64,000 nt of DNA from Vicugna vicugna (lineage: Eukaryota). The translations under genes were made by a program, and so were the position numbers. The stretch lies in the NCBI GenBank assembly GCA_013265495.1, contig MU061578.1, forward strand, positions 505,308 through 569,307. Direction: 5' to 3'. The notes beneath the pieces are model-generated. The model searched no databases. It was given only the letters and a program-made list of their open reading frames with translations, and was not told the DNA's origin. The stretch's first letter is position 1. Each line of letters opens with the position of its first letter. This document shows, piece by piece, positions 49,241 to 62,726 of the stretch.

Positions 49241-51967
49241 TCGTATAGACTACAAAAGGTTTCCATATTAAAGACAAAATTCCATTTTATTACACATATA
49301 TTCCATGCATATGGCCCTTCGATACAAAGTGTAAACTTAACTGACCTTAAAATTAGAAGGAGTGATATATGTTGAGTGCTGATTATAAATTACACAACAT
49401 GGGCCATTGAAAATGGGCACTGAAATGTATTAGTGTGATCAAATATTATACTGTTTTTTTTTTAATTTATAATTCACTCCCAATAAGTTAAGCTTTCCTT
49501 TTATTCCTTTATTCATTCAGACTCAGCTACAGCTTTTTCAGGCTTAACTTCCATCACTTGCCCCCATCCAGTCTACATTTTGGTCATACTGAATTTATCC
49601 CAATTCCGCAAACAGGTTAGAATCTGTCAAGATTCCAAGTCTTTGCTTATTCCATTCCTGGTATCTGGAAAAATATTTTTTCTGTTCTCCCCACTGGATA
49701 TCAGATATTCGCTCCAATACCCCTTTATATATGCATTAGAGAATTAATTACACATTTTATTGCAATTAGCACCTTGTACGTGATCCTACTTCATTGCATC
49801 CTCATAAGGGTGGGAACCCCGTGTGTTATCCTCCCATTTCAGCCTGTAGAACTCTGACTGTTACACATTAGGTTTTCAATATCTGTTTTTATATATTGAA
49901 GTGAATGAGAATGATATTTAAGGTCCTCCAAATTCTGAACCCGATGTAAATCTTCACTTCCTCCCCATTGCTGTGACCTACAGACTCTACATCCCTGGCA
50001 TTCAAACCATTTAAATAAACATTCATTGTTCATTTTGTTCATTGTTCTCTGGACATACCGTGCACCCCCATCCTCTGTATTTTTGCATATGCTGGTTACT
50101 TTCACTGGAAACACTCTTTTCTTTCCCCCTAGCATTCACCCTTCACTGCCAAGCTCAAATAGCTTCTCTGGAAACCAACCCAAAGCCTACTCATCCAGAA
50201 CATGTTTTTCTCTGCTCCATTCTCTCACAGTATTCTGTTTTTGAATACCTCTTTTAAAGTAGTTATCACAGCCTGATTTTTATTACCTTTAATTGTGTCC
50301 AAGTCTCTCTCCTGCAGTCGCTTATGACCCTTTCAAGGACACCGACTATGTCTTATTCATCTTTATTTTTCTCTTGCACTTAGCCCAGGGAGTTGCCCAC
50401 AATTGACACTAGAAAATGTCTATTGAATGGAATTGCTGTGCAAAGAAGTACTTCCTTTAAGAGACGTAAAAGAAAAAGAACAGTGACAGCCTAGCTGAAG
50501 AGAGCACAATGTACTGAAAAGCCACCAGCTTTGATCAGAACGCTGCCCCAGGAACTCTGCAGCTGCTCAGACGCGGCTTCCTCGCATCTGTGGGCGCGAC
50601 GGACTCTCAGGAAGGAACAATGTGATCAGGGCTGAGGGAGGAGAGAAAATACCAGCAGAGCAAAGGCAGTGGTTCCACACACTGCAATGGATTAACGTAG
50701 AGCACCGTTCACTTACCAGCACACACAGTATTTGGATGCTGAAAATCTTGGCGAATAGAAAATCGATGTTCTGGGTTCTAGACATGTTTTGAGTGTTAAT
50801 ACCGAAACACAGTCTGTAATGCTGTCTTTTTTGTAGAAGACTGATGTGGGGTAAGATTTTAAATGATTGGGAGAGGTGAAAAATAATTATCTAGTCTCAA
50901 GCATCAAGGAAAATATCAAAGTGTACAAACAGAATATTTCATCTAGGGGGGATCACAGAAACCATCTTTTTCCAGGAATCGCAAATAAGAGATGTGCTGC
51001 CAACCCTCCTTTCCCAAGATTAGGGCAAATAATTTCAACTCGGTTGCCTAATTATTTCTGGGAGAGTGAGGACATGACTTCAGAATCCTTCTCAACAGAG
51101 TGGCAACGCCGTAAGAGCTGACCGGTAAGATAAGATTATTTTTCATCCCTGATCTGGTCCAACTTTCCCACTCGTGAGATAAAGAAAGCGAAGCCCAGAG
51201 AGTGGAAGGGAATTCTATCAGATGACTCAGCAAACTGGTGCAAATTTAGATCTACATCCCAGTTTAGTTAACTTTCTGTACACCATGAAGCCCAATTATT
51301 TATTCCTTTCATGGTCATGGCTCCTACAATGACTCACGCATTCCAAACAAAGCACGGGCAAGCCACCACAGACTCTAAGCACATTATGGTAGCACACAAA
51401 ATATCAAACCCAGCAAGAAATGTCATAGTAATGACGTGCCCTGAGCTGAGAAGACAGCATTCTTCTCCCAGTCACCATAAACTGTTTTCTGACCACCCAA
51501 TCCTCATCCTAAACCAAATCAGTCTTCTTCCTGGTTATCAGCCATCTTCCCAATCCCTGATACAGTGGAAGCACCTGGCACTCCCTGCCGGGCATCCAAT
51601 CAGAAGCGAGCTTTGCTGAAAATCTTCAGGCCTCCAGCCTGCCCTGCCTACTGCTTCCACCGCAAGCAAGGCTGCCCAGACAAAGCCTGGGGCTGCTGGA
51701 AGGTGCACAGCCCGAGTTCCAAGTGCTTTAGTGCTTCCTCTCTTTTCCTCTTAGTGCAGCTGTTTGTAGAGTTTCCCAGAGGGAGAACTTGATAGGGCCT
51801 CTTAATAACCTTGTTCAGAGCTCCGGAGGAGAAATTAAACCTTTCTGCAAATTCAGCATGGAGCTGTTTTTGGCAAGAGAAGATCTCTGATGGCCTTTCT
51901 GGCACTGAGGCTATTTGGAAATTAACCCTTTGGTCCCTGAGGGTTATGAAATGTATCAGAAGAGATT

Positions 51968-51991
51968 GAGAGAGAGAGAGAGAGAGAGAGA
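51968..51991. repeat. (GA)12 microsatellite
   Basis: Directly visible. Confidence 0.97.
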
Positions 51992-52024
51992 AGAAGGAAG
52001 AAGGAAATTATCTTTTTCAGCATC

Positions 52025-52515
52025 TCTTCTTGGTTTTCTGGGGGGCACCACTCCCCCTACTCTAAGTCTTTGTGCTTCAGACGAACATGACCCTACTTCC
52101 GTTCCAGAGGCAAACATGTGACCTAAGTTGGGCCAATGAAAACACTACTCATTCCATTAATTTGGCTGTGGTGATAGGGCCCAATCTGAGTTACTGAAAG
52201 GACACCCTGACACTTTTCCTAAAATTGATTAAAAAGAAACTCTTCTTCCTCCCTTCTGGGGATTTCTATTCTCAGAGAAATCTTAGAGCTGGTGTCTGTG
52301 TTTTAGTCACTAAAAGAGAGACTTCCTGGAAATGAACCACACACAGAGGGAAGCACAGTCCAGATTCCGACAGTAGTGATCTGGTCGCTGGAGTCAGCCA
52401 AGCCTGAACTTCACGCTTGTTCAATGCAATTACTTGGTGCCATAAATCTGTTTACTTGATGAAGCGTTGTTACAGTTGGATTTCTGTTGCTTGCAATTTC
52501 AAGCATCCTGATTAA
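52025..52515 (+). mobile_element. MLT1 (K/L-like) LTR, degenerate
   Basis: 'catgtgacctaagttgggccaat...agttggatttctgttgcttgcaa...agcatcctgattaata'. Confidence 0.6.
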
Positions 52516-53529
52516 TAAGGATGCATATGAAAAACAAGGGTTACGGGGCCAACAGTAACTGGGTAACCTGGCTGCAAGAAAATTAAACAGTGGAATTTTT
52601 TTCTCACTAGAATAGGATTTCTCAGATAATTAATTATGCTAATGCTTTCTGTGATTTTCTAAGACAGGATATAGACAGAAGCATTGCCTAGAACTTTGCT
52701 GCCACGGTCTTATTTATTTTTATTTTCTCTTTAGGCAGAACACCAAAAATTACCTAAAGCTTATACACAACAAGGTTTTGGGAGATTCTTTATGACTCAG
52801 TGAAAATATGTATACTATCAAAAAGAAAAATCATAGGCAAACTAGAAATACACAAATGTATAGTAAAACATATTTAAATGTTTATAAATATATGAAGTAA
52901 ATACATGATCCATTTAGTGAAACTTTTATGCATCAATTTTAAATGACATTTAATATGTGCGTTTGCTGGGAAGGGAGGTCTGGTATTAATTTCAAATCTC
53001 TCCTCATTAAGAATTTACAGAAAACTCATAGTCCAGTGTGACTAACATTTACTGAGTGAATATTATATAACCAAACACAAGACCCAGCCCTTTAGATGCG
53101 GTCATCCACTTCATCTTCACAGCAATGCAATGGTTGCATTTTATCTCTTTATATAGATTAAGAAACTGAGGCTTAGAAAGGCGAAGTGACTTCCAGGTCA
53201 TGTGTTAGTTGTGGATCTAGGGCTAGACCCCAAATGTCTATGATGCTACTGCCAAAGGTGTTCATTACCGCGATTAGAAAGCTCTCTTTGATCTAAATCC
53301 TCCCTGTGCCCCTCGCTGAGCCCCATGTTCCTTGTCTCATGCTGGTCTGCTCGGGAATGGTATTTTTAAAATATAAATGTTCTTCTTACAATGAACAGAA
53401 ACTTCTTAGGTGCTACATATGACGTGTTGTAAGTTTAATGCGTGGCATCCTCTCGACTGCTCCTGTATCCCTAAAGGATATTTGCGATTGGGTTGATGGT
53501 AACCCTGGAAAACTTCCTTGCATTTTGTA

Positions 53530-53967
53530 CTCCTGTTATCTGAGACGGACACAGAGATGTACTTCCTAGACCCTGCTTCACGGCAGGGCTTGCTGCCCAG
53601 CTGTGGGACGTGTGGTCATCTGCCAGCTCCAGCTGTCACCTCTTTCAGGGTCTGCCCCAGCTGCGGAGACCCTCCCACTCCAGAGGGAGGCCACACCCTT
53701 CCCAGGGCAGCCTGGACCCAGGTCTGAGTGAGGGAGCGGGGAGGTATAAAGTCCCAGCCATCTCAGCCCCACATGGACAACTCATGTCCACTGAGGCCTC
53801 CTTGTCTCGGCCAAGGCTCCCTGTGGGGCCTGCAGTGCAGTTCAGCTTTTCTCTCTGTCCAATCCAGCCTCCTCCTCTTCCTTTCACAAGCACTGATTTC
53901 TAACAGACACCTTGCTCCTCCAACACCACCTCAGTACCAGCTTCTGGAGAACCCAAACAGCGAGACC
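53530..53967 (+). mobile_element. LTR16-type ERVL LTR
   Basis: 'cccttcccagggcagcc...ggtataaagtcccagccatctcagccc..ggacaactc...gggcctgcagtgcagttc..ctctgtccaatcc...gagaacccaa' follows the recalled LTR16 consensus; TATA at ~53745. Confidence 0.8.
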
Positions 53968-54994
53968 CATGTGCCAGCCTGAGACCTCCATGCTCCTCAT
54001 CAAGATCCCTTGCACCATTACTATACATCAGCTATACATGATGGGAGAAATAACATCATGTTTGGGTTCCTAGATCGGCTCACACATTAGGCAAAATTGC
54101 TTTGAGCACCTCTAATGTGCCAGGTACTAAGAAAGGCTGATTATTTGACTAATTGAGCACTTACTATGTACCAGGTGCTGTGTAAAGGAAAGTAAATACT
54201 CTGGGTCATTCAATCCCCTGCAAGGATGATCGACAAGGAAGCCAACTCAGTGAGAGTACGTCCTTTGGCAAAGTCACAAGCTGAGTGAGCAATGTCCATT
54301 CTCTCCAATCCCAAGGTGCCTGGGACTGTGGTCAGACAGACACACACGTCAGCTTCCGAGAGGCTTCCGCTCTATCTACAGCCTTCCCTGGAGAAGCTGA
54401 CTTACAGCTGTGCCTAAGAGATACCTTCAAAACAAAAATAATCAAATTAAGAGCCCTTGATTCAGAATCAGTCTATATTATCCTGAATTTGAGAGGACCT
54501 CTTCTATAAAACTGTATGGCTCTGATCCAGGCAAACATTTCATAAGATTAAGTTGGAGTCTTCAGTTTCTGAGTTTCACGTTCCCCATGGTAAGATCCAG
54601 GGAAGACCGTCTCGTCCATTTAGACCCCAGAGGACACCCCACCTGCCATTCTCACTCCACACTGTCTTCTGTAATCCATGCCACTTTCTCTTCTATGAGC
54701 ACATGAAAACATTGTCTGATTAACGGGAACTCATTCATGTAAAGAATATAAATAAAAATGGTGATTATTAGAAAGAGTGGTATTTAATAAAATAATGGTT
54801 TTCAACAGCAGTAAGACGTAAAATGACAATGCCAGTGATGACAATGGTAGTCACAGACAGGACTTCCACTGAGAACTTACTACAAGCCAGATGCTGGGCT
54901 GAGCACTTTCTGTAACTTATTTAAGCTGCACAACGACCCTTAAGATGGATGTTGTTAACTCAATATTTTGCAAGGAAAAAAACAGTGTCTTGAG

Positions 54995-55210
54995 CTGTGC
55001 TATCCAACGTGACAACCATGAGTCACATGTGGCTATTTAAATTTGAATTCATGTTAATCAAAATTAACTAAGGTTGACAGTTCAGTTCCTCAGACTCACC
55101 GCCTATATTTCAAGTGCTCAAAAGCCACATGAGGGTGGTGGCTGAGAGTGGACTGTGCACAGTGTGGACACGTCCATTGTCACAGAACATACCATTAGAC
55201 AGCAGTGCTG
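54995..55210. mobile_element. MER3 DNA transposon
   Basis: 'ctgtgctatccaa...cacatgtggctatttaaattt...ttcagttcctcag...atttcaagtgctcaaaagccacatg'. Confidence 0.85.
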
Positions 55211-55514
55211 CTCTGGAAAGTGTAATTGCTTGTCCACATTTGACAAGCTGGCAGGAGGCAGGCTGAGATGTGAAGCCATGGCCACCCTCGCTCTTCATGT
55301 GGTTAAATGTTAGGCCAACACGCCTCCCTTCCTGAAAACTTTCTTTTTATACTTAAGCTAGACTTAAGCTCATCTGTTTCCAGCCCAAGATAAGATCAGA
55401 AGGGAACACGGCACCTTCCTCTGTGTTCCCAAAGCTAAGTAACTATTCCAAGAAATCCAAATCCATTGACCTTCATCAAAAGGAATAAAAAACTTCCCCA
55501 TATTCACTGAGTAC

Positions 55515-55633
55515 CAGAACCCGATCACATCGGCACCTTGATCTTGGATTTCTGTCCTCCAGAACTGTGAGAAATACGTTTCTGTGGTTGATAGGCCATG
55601 CCAGTCTATGGTCAGCCCGAATGAACTAAGACA
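55515..55633 (+). mobile_element. MLT1A/B 3' LTR fragment
   Basis: 'ggcaccttgatcttggatttc..cctccagaactgtgagaaata..tttctgt...gaactaagaca'. Confidence 0.8.
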
Positions 55634-58600
55634 AGGGTCCTCCCTTTTACAGTGAGTGATGGAGGTATATAACTTTATTTAAATACATATGCACCGGGTT
55701 GGCATTAAATCAGTAAGCTTCTCTAAGAAGCCTTCTTTTAGCTTCCAGGTTGGGCTGAGCATCCTTCTCTGTGCTAAAAGAGCTTCTGCCACAGACCTCG
55801 CTCACAGCCGTTAACGCTATGTGCCTTCCTCTTTGAGCTCATGTATCACGTCTTAATATGTGTGCTCGGAGGTGGCTCCGGAATTTCTGCAAGAGTGCCT
55901 GTCTTAAAGCAAGAGCAGCTGAGGAGTTATCCTAGATAGTACTTTATTTTCTTTTTAAATATTAGGTTGTATGTTCATTGGAGATGGTTTTGCACAGGGA
56001 GCTAACCCAGATTCAGATGCGGTGATGACAGCTAATCCCTTGCCCCTACAGAGCCACTCTTTGCCATTACAACTATGGATACCTGGTACTTAGTGCACAG
56101 CCTAGCACAGTGCCTGGTATGCGACAAAACTTCAGTAAATATGGGTTAACTTAAACAGAAAGATTAAACAATGTATCAGATTCACTTACGTGGACAACTT
56201 CTTTCCTGAATCATGCCCAATCAAAACGCTATTTCATACCACGTACTTCAGCATCTGATTCTGAAGCTATAGACATGCAGACTTAATCCACAAGTAAATT
56301 AAAAGAGGGCCCAAAGATATTGATGGCTATCAGAGTGGATGCTGCAATGCATCTGAAAACACTCTTCCCAAATAAAACCCTAGACAGAGTAAGAGAAGCA
56401 GTGGAAACTCCCTTGGAGGAACTCCATCTCAATGTTAGATAAGTTTTATCTAGTTTCCTCAAACCAGTAATGTTCCAAACTGGGCCCTCCAGGGAACAGG
56501 ATATTTGAGAAAATCTGATGAAGAACACAGACATTGTTTAATGTTTAAGAAGACAGGGTGAAGTGGGAGGGGTGTGTACGTGTGCACCACAGAAAGAGAT
56601 GGAGGGAGGGGGACAGACAGACTCATAATTTTAACTTAGAGTTAATATGATATTGAAGTTATTCTAAGAAAGTTGAAAAGATTGAAAAGACTATATTCAG
56701 AAACTTGAAAGAATTGTGTGTGGCAGGGGATATATGAACGTATTAAGTAAATTTTACAGAGATTAACAAAGGAATGAATCTATTTCTACGACTCGTCAGC
56801 ATGCCGTGTGACGTGATTTTGTTTCCTATCTTAAAGACTTTACATCTCTTCCAAAGTTTTTTCTTCAAGCCAGTCTCATTATGTTGAAAATGCTGCTCAC
56901 TAAGATTTGTCATGGGCTCCACTTTCCTTTTTCTTTCTTTTCCACTTTCCTTCCTGTCTCCCGGCTGCCTTTCTTTCTTACATTTCTCAGGATGCAGACA
57001 AACATCCTACACACAGAAAGATGGTTTCATTCACTGTCCAGGTGTTCAGTGAGGATCTGCTGTGTGCCAGACCCTAGAAAACATGAGGGGTGGGGAGGAT
57101 CCAGTCATAACTGAGATGCTTTCTGACATCAACAGGCACAGAGGTGACGCAGGTGATGGGTGTGGGAGAAGAGGGTCATGAAATAACGTGATGGATACCT
57201 TCACAGAAGCAGCAAGAGAGTGCTGTGTGGGTGAAGAATGGGGAGGATCTGATTCTATCTCAGCGGACTGGGCAGAAGCAGAAAACGGCTCCATGGAAGA
57301 GGCAAGGCCCAAGCTGAGCTTCTCAATACAAGTCTAGGATTCCCGGAACAATGCTGGGAAGAATGAAATTCCAATTATACATCAGGTTTCCTCATAATTC
57401 CTTTAGTTAAAGAACTCTCAGCCCACTTGCCACAAAACATATCATCATCCCAAATTTCCAGTGGAGTTAATAATACTTGTTCAGCTCCACCTATAATCTT
57501 CTCTCTGGAAAGACTGAAGGTGATGATTACGAGTGGGTTAATGTGAAAAATAAGCCAGCAGATGCTAAAGTCTAAGGAGCTAAAGAGTCAGAGGATGGAA
57601 GGAGAGGACCCATTAAATCTAATTTAAATTTTAAAAGATGTTTGGGAAATGCAAAATAAATCTTGCACTGGAGTGATTACCAGATGAAACATTTTAGTTA
57701 GCGGATGGTGAACCAGCTCATATTTCATGTTTTCAGTCAATGTTCGCTCTTTGCATTACCTGAAGGGCCTGAGTGCTAAGCTGATGAATGTGTCCTAGGC
57801 TTAAGAGACCATTTATCACCACCACGGTGAATGCCATTTTCTGAAACATAATCTAAAGGCACTTTCTGAAAAGCGTTTCTGCCTGGAAGTGTTCCCACTA
57901 TCACCTTCTAGGTGGCTGGCTGGTGGGGGCCACCTGACTTCTTGCTGCCTGATGACTGTGGTAGGATGTGATCCTCTGCTCCTTTACTTCTTTGGCTTGG
58001 ATTAATTAGCATCATAGGTCCCCTGTCTCCCTCCTCCTTTCTTGTCAACCTCTTCTCTCCCCAGGTAGGAATGGCGCCCATGGGATACTGTCATGATCTA
58101 TACACGCAGAAGACTTTTAATGCCTTGGAAGTTTCCCAGCCTCCTTGGAGAGCTCCTTTAAGAAAAACAGGTATAAGGGAAGAACAATAAGTGAGTGAAG
58201 ATGGTACACTTCAGGTAGAGGCAGAGGGGAGATGGAAAAGGAAGGACAAAAACAGTTCAGATCAGGAAAGCCACCTGCCCAAGGTCACAGAGATAAATAA
58301 AATGGTGAGACCAGGATTCAAAGTCAAGTCTATGTGACTCCAACGCACATGTTCTTTCATTCTGCTGTGCTGCTTTACCTCCTGTCTCAGACCCCAACCT
58401 CCTCAGATGGAGACTATGGGAGAAGAGACCACCTTATGGCTTCCCCAGTTCTGCTTCATCTAATGTTGAACCAACCAGAAGGGTCAAAGTTCCCCCTCCC
58501 GTGCCTTCTCCCAGCCCACTTTCCACTGCAAGATTCAGCTCTTCTTTGCTGTGGTTGATATTTCTGCTGAGCCAAGTGGTTTTTTTCGTCAACAAGTTTT

Positions 58601-58879
58601 TATAGTAAAATCAGGCAGAGATTGCTATCAAAGGGCAGTTATGAGTGAGTTCCATCAGAAAATGAGCAACTACAGTGCAGAATTAATTTAATAACTACCA
58701 TATTTAAGGTAGTCCAATCTGTACCATTTTGCCCATCTTTAGCTATATCTGAAAATCTTAGTTATTATTATTAGGTTGGGATTTTATTTTTGTAAGGTAT
58801 AAACCCAAAAGATTCTGATCTTTAAAAAAAATTATATGATACACACATGCACATTCAAATTCTACTAAATAATAGATTC

Positions 58880-59729
58880 AGGGTATTTTTGACAAGGGTG
58901 CCAAAACCACTGACTGGGGAAAGAACAGTTTCTTCAACAAATGGTGCTGGGACAACTGGAAATCCACATGCAAGAGAATGAAGCTGAATGCTTACCTCAC
59001 ACCATACAAAAAATTAACTCAAAATGGATCAAAGGCTTAAACATAAGAGTTAAAACAATAAAACCCTAAAAGAAAGCATAGGTGTATATTTTCATGAAAA
59101 AAAGATAAAATGAATCGGACTTCATCAATTAAACATTTTTGTGCATCAAAAGAGAGTGAAAAGAAAAGCCACAGAATGGGAGAAAATGTTTGCAAATCAT
59201 ATACCTGATAAGGGCTAGTATCCAAAATATATAAAGAACTCTTAAAACTCAACCAAATAAAGGTAAGTAATCTAATTAAAATCAGGACTTGTATAGACGT
59301 GTCTCTGTAAAACACATGCAAATGACCAACAAGCACATGAAAATATGCTCAACATTGTTAGTCATTAAGGAAATGCAAATTAAGATCACAATGAGATACT
59401 ACTTCAGAACCAATAAGACGACTATAATTAAAAGACACAATTATACATGTTGGCAAGAATATGGAGAAATTGGAACCCTCACGCACTGCTGGTGGGAATG
59501 TAATATAGTAAAGCTGCTATGGAATCAGTTTGGCAGTTTCTCAGAAAGTGAAACATAAAGTTACCAGTTGATCCAGCAATTCCACCCCTATGGATACACC
59601 CAAGAGAACTGAAAACATATGGTCACATAAAAAATTGCACATGAATGCTCATAGCAGCATAATTCTTACTAGCCAAAACGCAAAAACAACCCAAAGGTCT
59701 ATCAACTGATAAATGCATAAACAGAATGT
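58880..59729 (+). mobile_element. LINE-1 (L1M) ORF2 3' remnant, frameshifted
   Basis: 'tttgacaagggtgccaa...ttcaacaaatggtgctgggacaactgg'; ORF 59289-59558 contains MTNKHMKICSTLLVIKEMQIKITMRY..CWQEYGEIGTLTHCWWEC, the L1 ORF2p C-terminal region. Confidence 0.92.
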
Positions 59730-60874
59730 TTAGGAAGGAAGGGGAAAATGGCTTGGAGTGTATGATTTCTAAATTCCCTTTTCTTGCCTAAGAGCTGAGG
59801 TGTTGACGTCTGAAAGATGCATGTAGAGATACAGCCGTGCCACTAACTAGCTATGTGTCATTAAGCAAATTAAACCTCTGAGCTTCAGTTTCTGCACCTT
59901 CCACTTGGGGATAATTTCATTAACCTTAAAGCATCATTAGGGGGATTAAATGAGTCAGCAAGTCTGCAGTGGAACTTCATCTGCTCAAGGTCTTCCCCAA
60001 AGATAAGACCTCACTAATGTTAGGGAACCCAATGCCACCATCATCGGTGACTGCAGACATGCTCAGAGGGGTAGTACTCCTGAGAAGTAAGTTGCTAACA
60101 TGACAGTTAGCCCCTTTCCACTTCTCTCTTCCAGAGCAGTGTCCTTCTGCCTATTCAAATACGTCTGCTCCAAAGAGTGTCACCAAGGTGCCTTTCTGGT
60201 TGCTTATTCTTGTCTCACCCTCAGCAATGTCCCCCATGCAGTGTCATTCCTTTAAACATCTTCCAATAGTTCTTTTGATTTTTTTCCTTTGGAAGGAAAA
60301 AAAAAAAACACTTCAGTAATCAGGTTTTCTTAAATTTTCCACTTCATGATCTTGATTGAGTCAAACACTTGAAAATTATGTTAAGAGGCTCTGATCAAAG
60401 TGAGCCACATTGAGTTGGATCTAATACCATGGAACTTCTAGGCCACCATCAATGAATGCAGAACCGTTTTGTGGCTGCCTGGCAGGGGGAAACGTATGGC
60501 TGTTCCCATCCTAATAAGAAGTTGAGTCTTGGATAGGCTTAATCTCAGAGGCTGCAGATATTTTTGATTTATTAAATAAGACACCAGTGAAAAGAAAGAG
60601 TCCAAGAAAGCCTACTTGTGTTAACTGTAAAATTACATTAAAAGCAGAAAGCAAATTCACGTTCTAAGGGGAAGAGAGTTGGACCAAATAGTTAGGAGAA
60701 TAAAAGAACAAAACACAAAATACAAAATATAACTGGATGGTGGAGGGAGGCTCTGGTCAAAGGGTTCTCTACACCAAGATGATTAGAATCAATATCCTAG
60801 AAGGAAGGGAGAGAGCAGATACTCCTTTGAACATATGTATTGTGAAATTAAAATGCAGCTGAAATTCCTTTCCC

Positions 60875-61130
60875 ATATTATAGTACGAACAGTTTTCAAA
60901 CATAGAGAAATACTGAAAGACTAACACAGTATATACAACTACCACTCAGAGGTGACGATGGTTAAAATTTGGCCGGATTTGCTTTAAGCATAGCTCTCTC
61001 CACTTTTGTATATGCGTGTCTGTTTTTTGCAGACCCAGTTGAAAGTAAGTTGCAGACATCATGATGCTTCATTTCCCAAGTCTTCAGCATACATCTAAAA
61101 ATCAGGACATTCTCCTACATAACTTACATA
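60875..61130 (-). mobile_element. Old L1 (L1MC-like) 3' fragment
   Basis: 'ttgaaagtaagttgcagacatcatga...ttcagcat..atct..aaa..aggacattctcctacataac'. Confidence 0.7.
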
Positions 61131-61879
61131 GGGTTTTAAAGTCACGGTCCATAAATCTTTCAGATCATAAAACTAAAGGAAAAATATTCATTTCACTGTC
61201 TGCGAGTTGTCTTTGGTCTAGAATGACTTTGGGCAAAATACATTTTGGCTTTGGCTTTGTAATCTCACTGGGTCTATTCAGTGTGTGTGATTTATTAATA
61301 GCATTAACAGCATGGCAAGTTTGAGTGGCCCCCTCCCTGAAGGGACTGGAAATAAGGTCACTCCCTGGAGCTTAAAAATGGCATCAGTAAGTGAAAATTT
61401 TGAGGATGGAGTATAGTGTTGGTCTAATGAAACAGAATGGTGGTGAGGCCTGCTGGGCTTAAACAGATGGGTTAGGGTAAAGTATACATTCTTCAAAAAG
61501 TCAGTGATGGTGAAGAAAGGGTTACAGACTCGAGTGTTAGTGTCCAGCCGGGCCCTGTGCCAAGGAGACTGGATGCTAACAAGTCAACTTAAGGAACTGG
61601 ATTTGGTCTGAGCTCTTTTAACCTGAGTGTGGATTTGATAGGTGTGTATCTGGTGATCACAGATAAGTGGCACGAAGCAGTCAATTCCTGGATTAAAACA
61701 AAGCAAAAAAACTCCCCCTGCCCTTGTCCAGAAACTCATGCCTACCAAGTAACCTTAGGAAATAACTTGGCATCTCCTATCACTTCCTCGGTCAGGCCAA
61801 GGTAATCACTCCAAGTATCTGACATCTTAGTTCTTACATTTAATTCAAAAACTGGTCTCTGATGTTATCACCAAGCCTC

Positions 61880-61922
61880 TTCATTCATTTGTTCATTCGT
61901 TCATTTGTTCATTCATTCATCA
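61880..61922. repeat. (TTCA)n-like imperfect repeat, probably an L2 3' tail
   Basis: ttcattcatttgttcattcgttcatttgttcattcattcatca. Confidence 0.8.
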
Positions 61923-62726
61923 GAGAACCCTCTACTACATGTGTGGTATTTTGATAAATCATCATCATCTTCCTAAGTGATCTATAAAACGAGCATTTTC
62001 CAATGTCCAGTGTTACTCTCAGTGGCTCACAGGAAATTACTCATTTAATCATCCCATCCCCCCAAACATTCTAAGATAGACATTTTTTAAGTACCTAAAA
62101 AATCTGGAAATTGAGGTTCAGAGAGTCAAAATCAGGATCTGAAGTCAGTCTGAAGGTAGACTGCCAGGTCTTACCATGAGTAAGATGAGAACTGCCTAGA
62201 ATACTAATAAAGAGTTTCTGAACTTTCAGGATGAAAACTCCATCTCTGGACAGTGGCTAGAGCACATTCACCAAAGTACATTCCAGAATGAGAGATCTGG
62301 TCAGTCAACTTTCCACAATAAATACCTCCTCTTCTGTATGAAGACATACCTTTATCTAAGATTCATATGCAAAATAAAACCTTACTGGATTTCAATGATA
62401 CATAATTACAAAGAGAGTCTGGTTCAACCAGGCTTATTCATTATTTTAATAAGAAAAGAAGATACTTGAGGGTCAGTGGAAGGTACAGGTGGGGAGACAG
62501 AAGGGTGATCTCCTTAACCCGACTGAATAGATTGATTATATAAACAACACACACACTCAATAAAGTAAGCTTGAAAGACCCCCTACTTGGGAATACTTTG
62601 TCAACAGCTCATTTGATTCGCTGTATATATTTGAAATAAAATTGCATCACTGTGTCTTTTCAAGTAAGATTTTATGATTTGGATTTAGTCTTGTAGGCTG
62701 ATCATCCCCTAGTTAGACTAAACTTT

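Noticed and set aside
59289..59558. ORF with L1 ORF2p similarity as a functional gene
   Set aside because: A short open stretch in a truncated, frameshifted old L1
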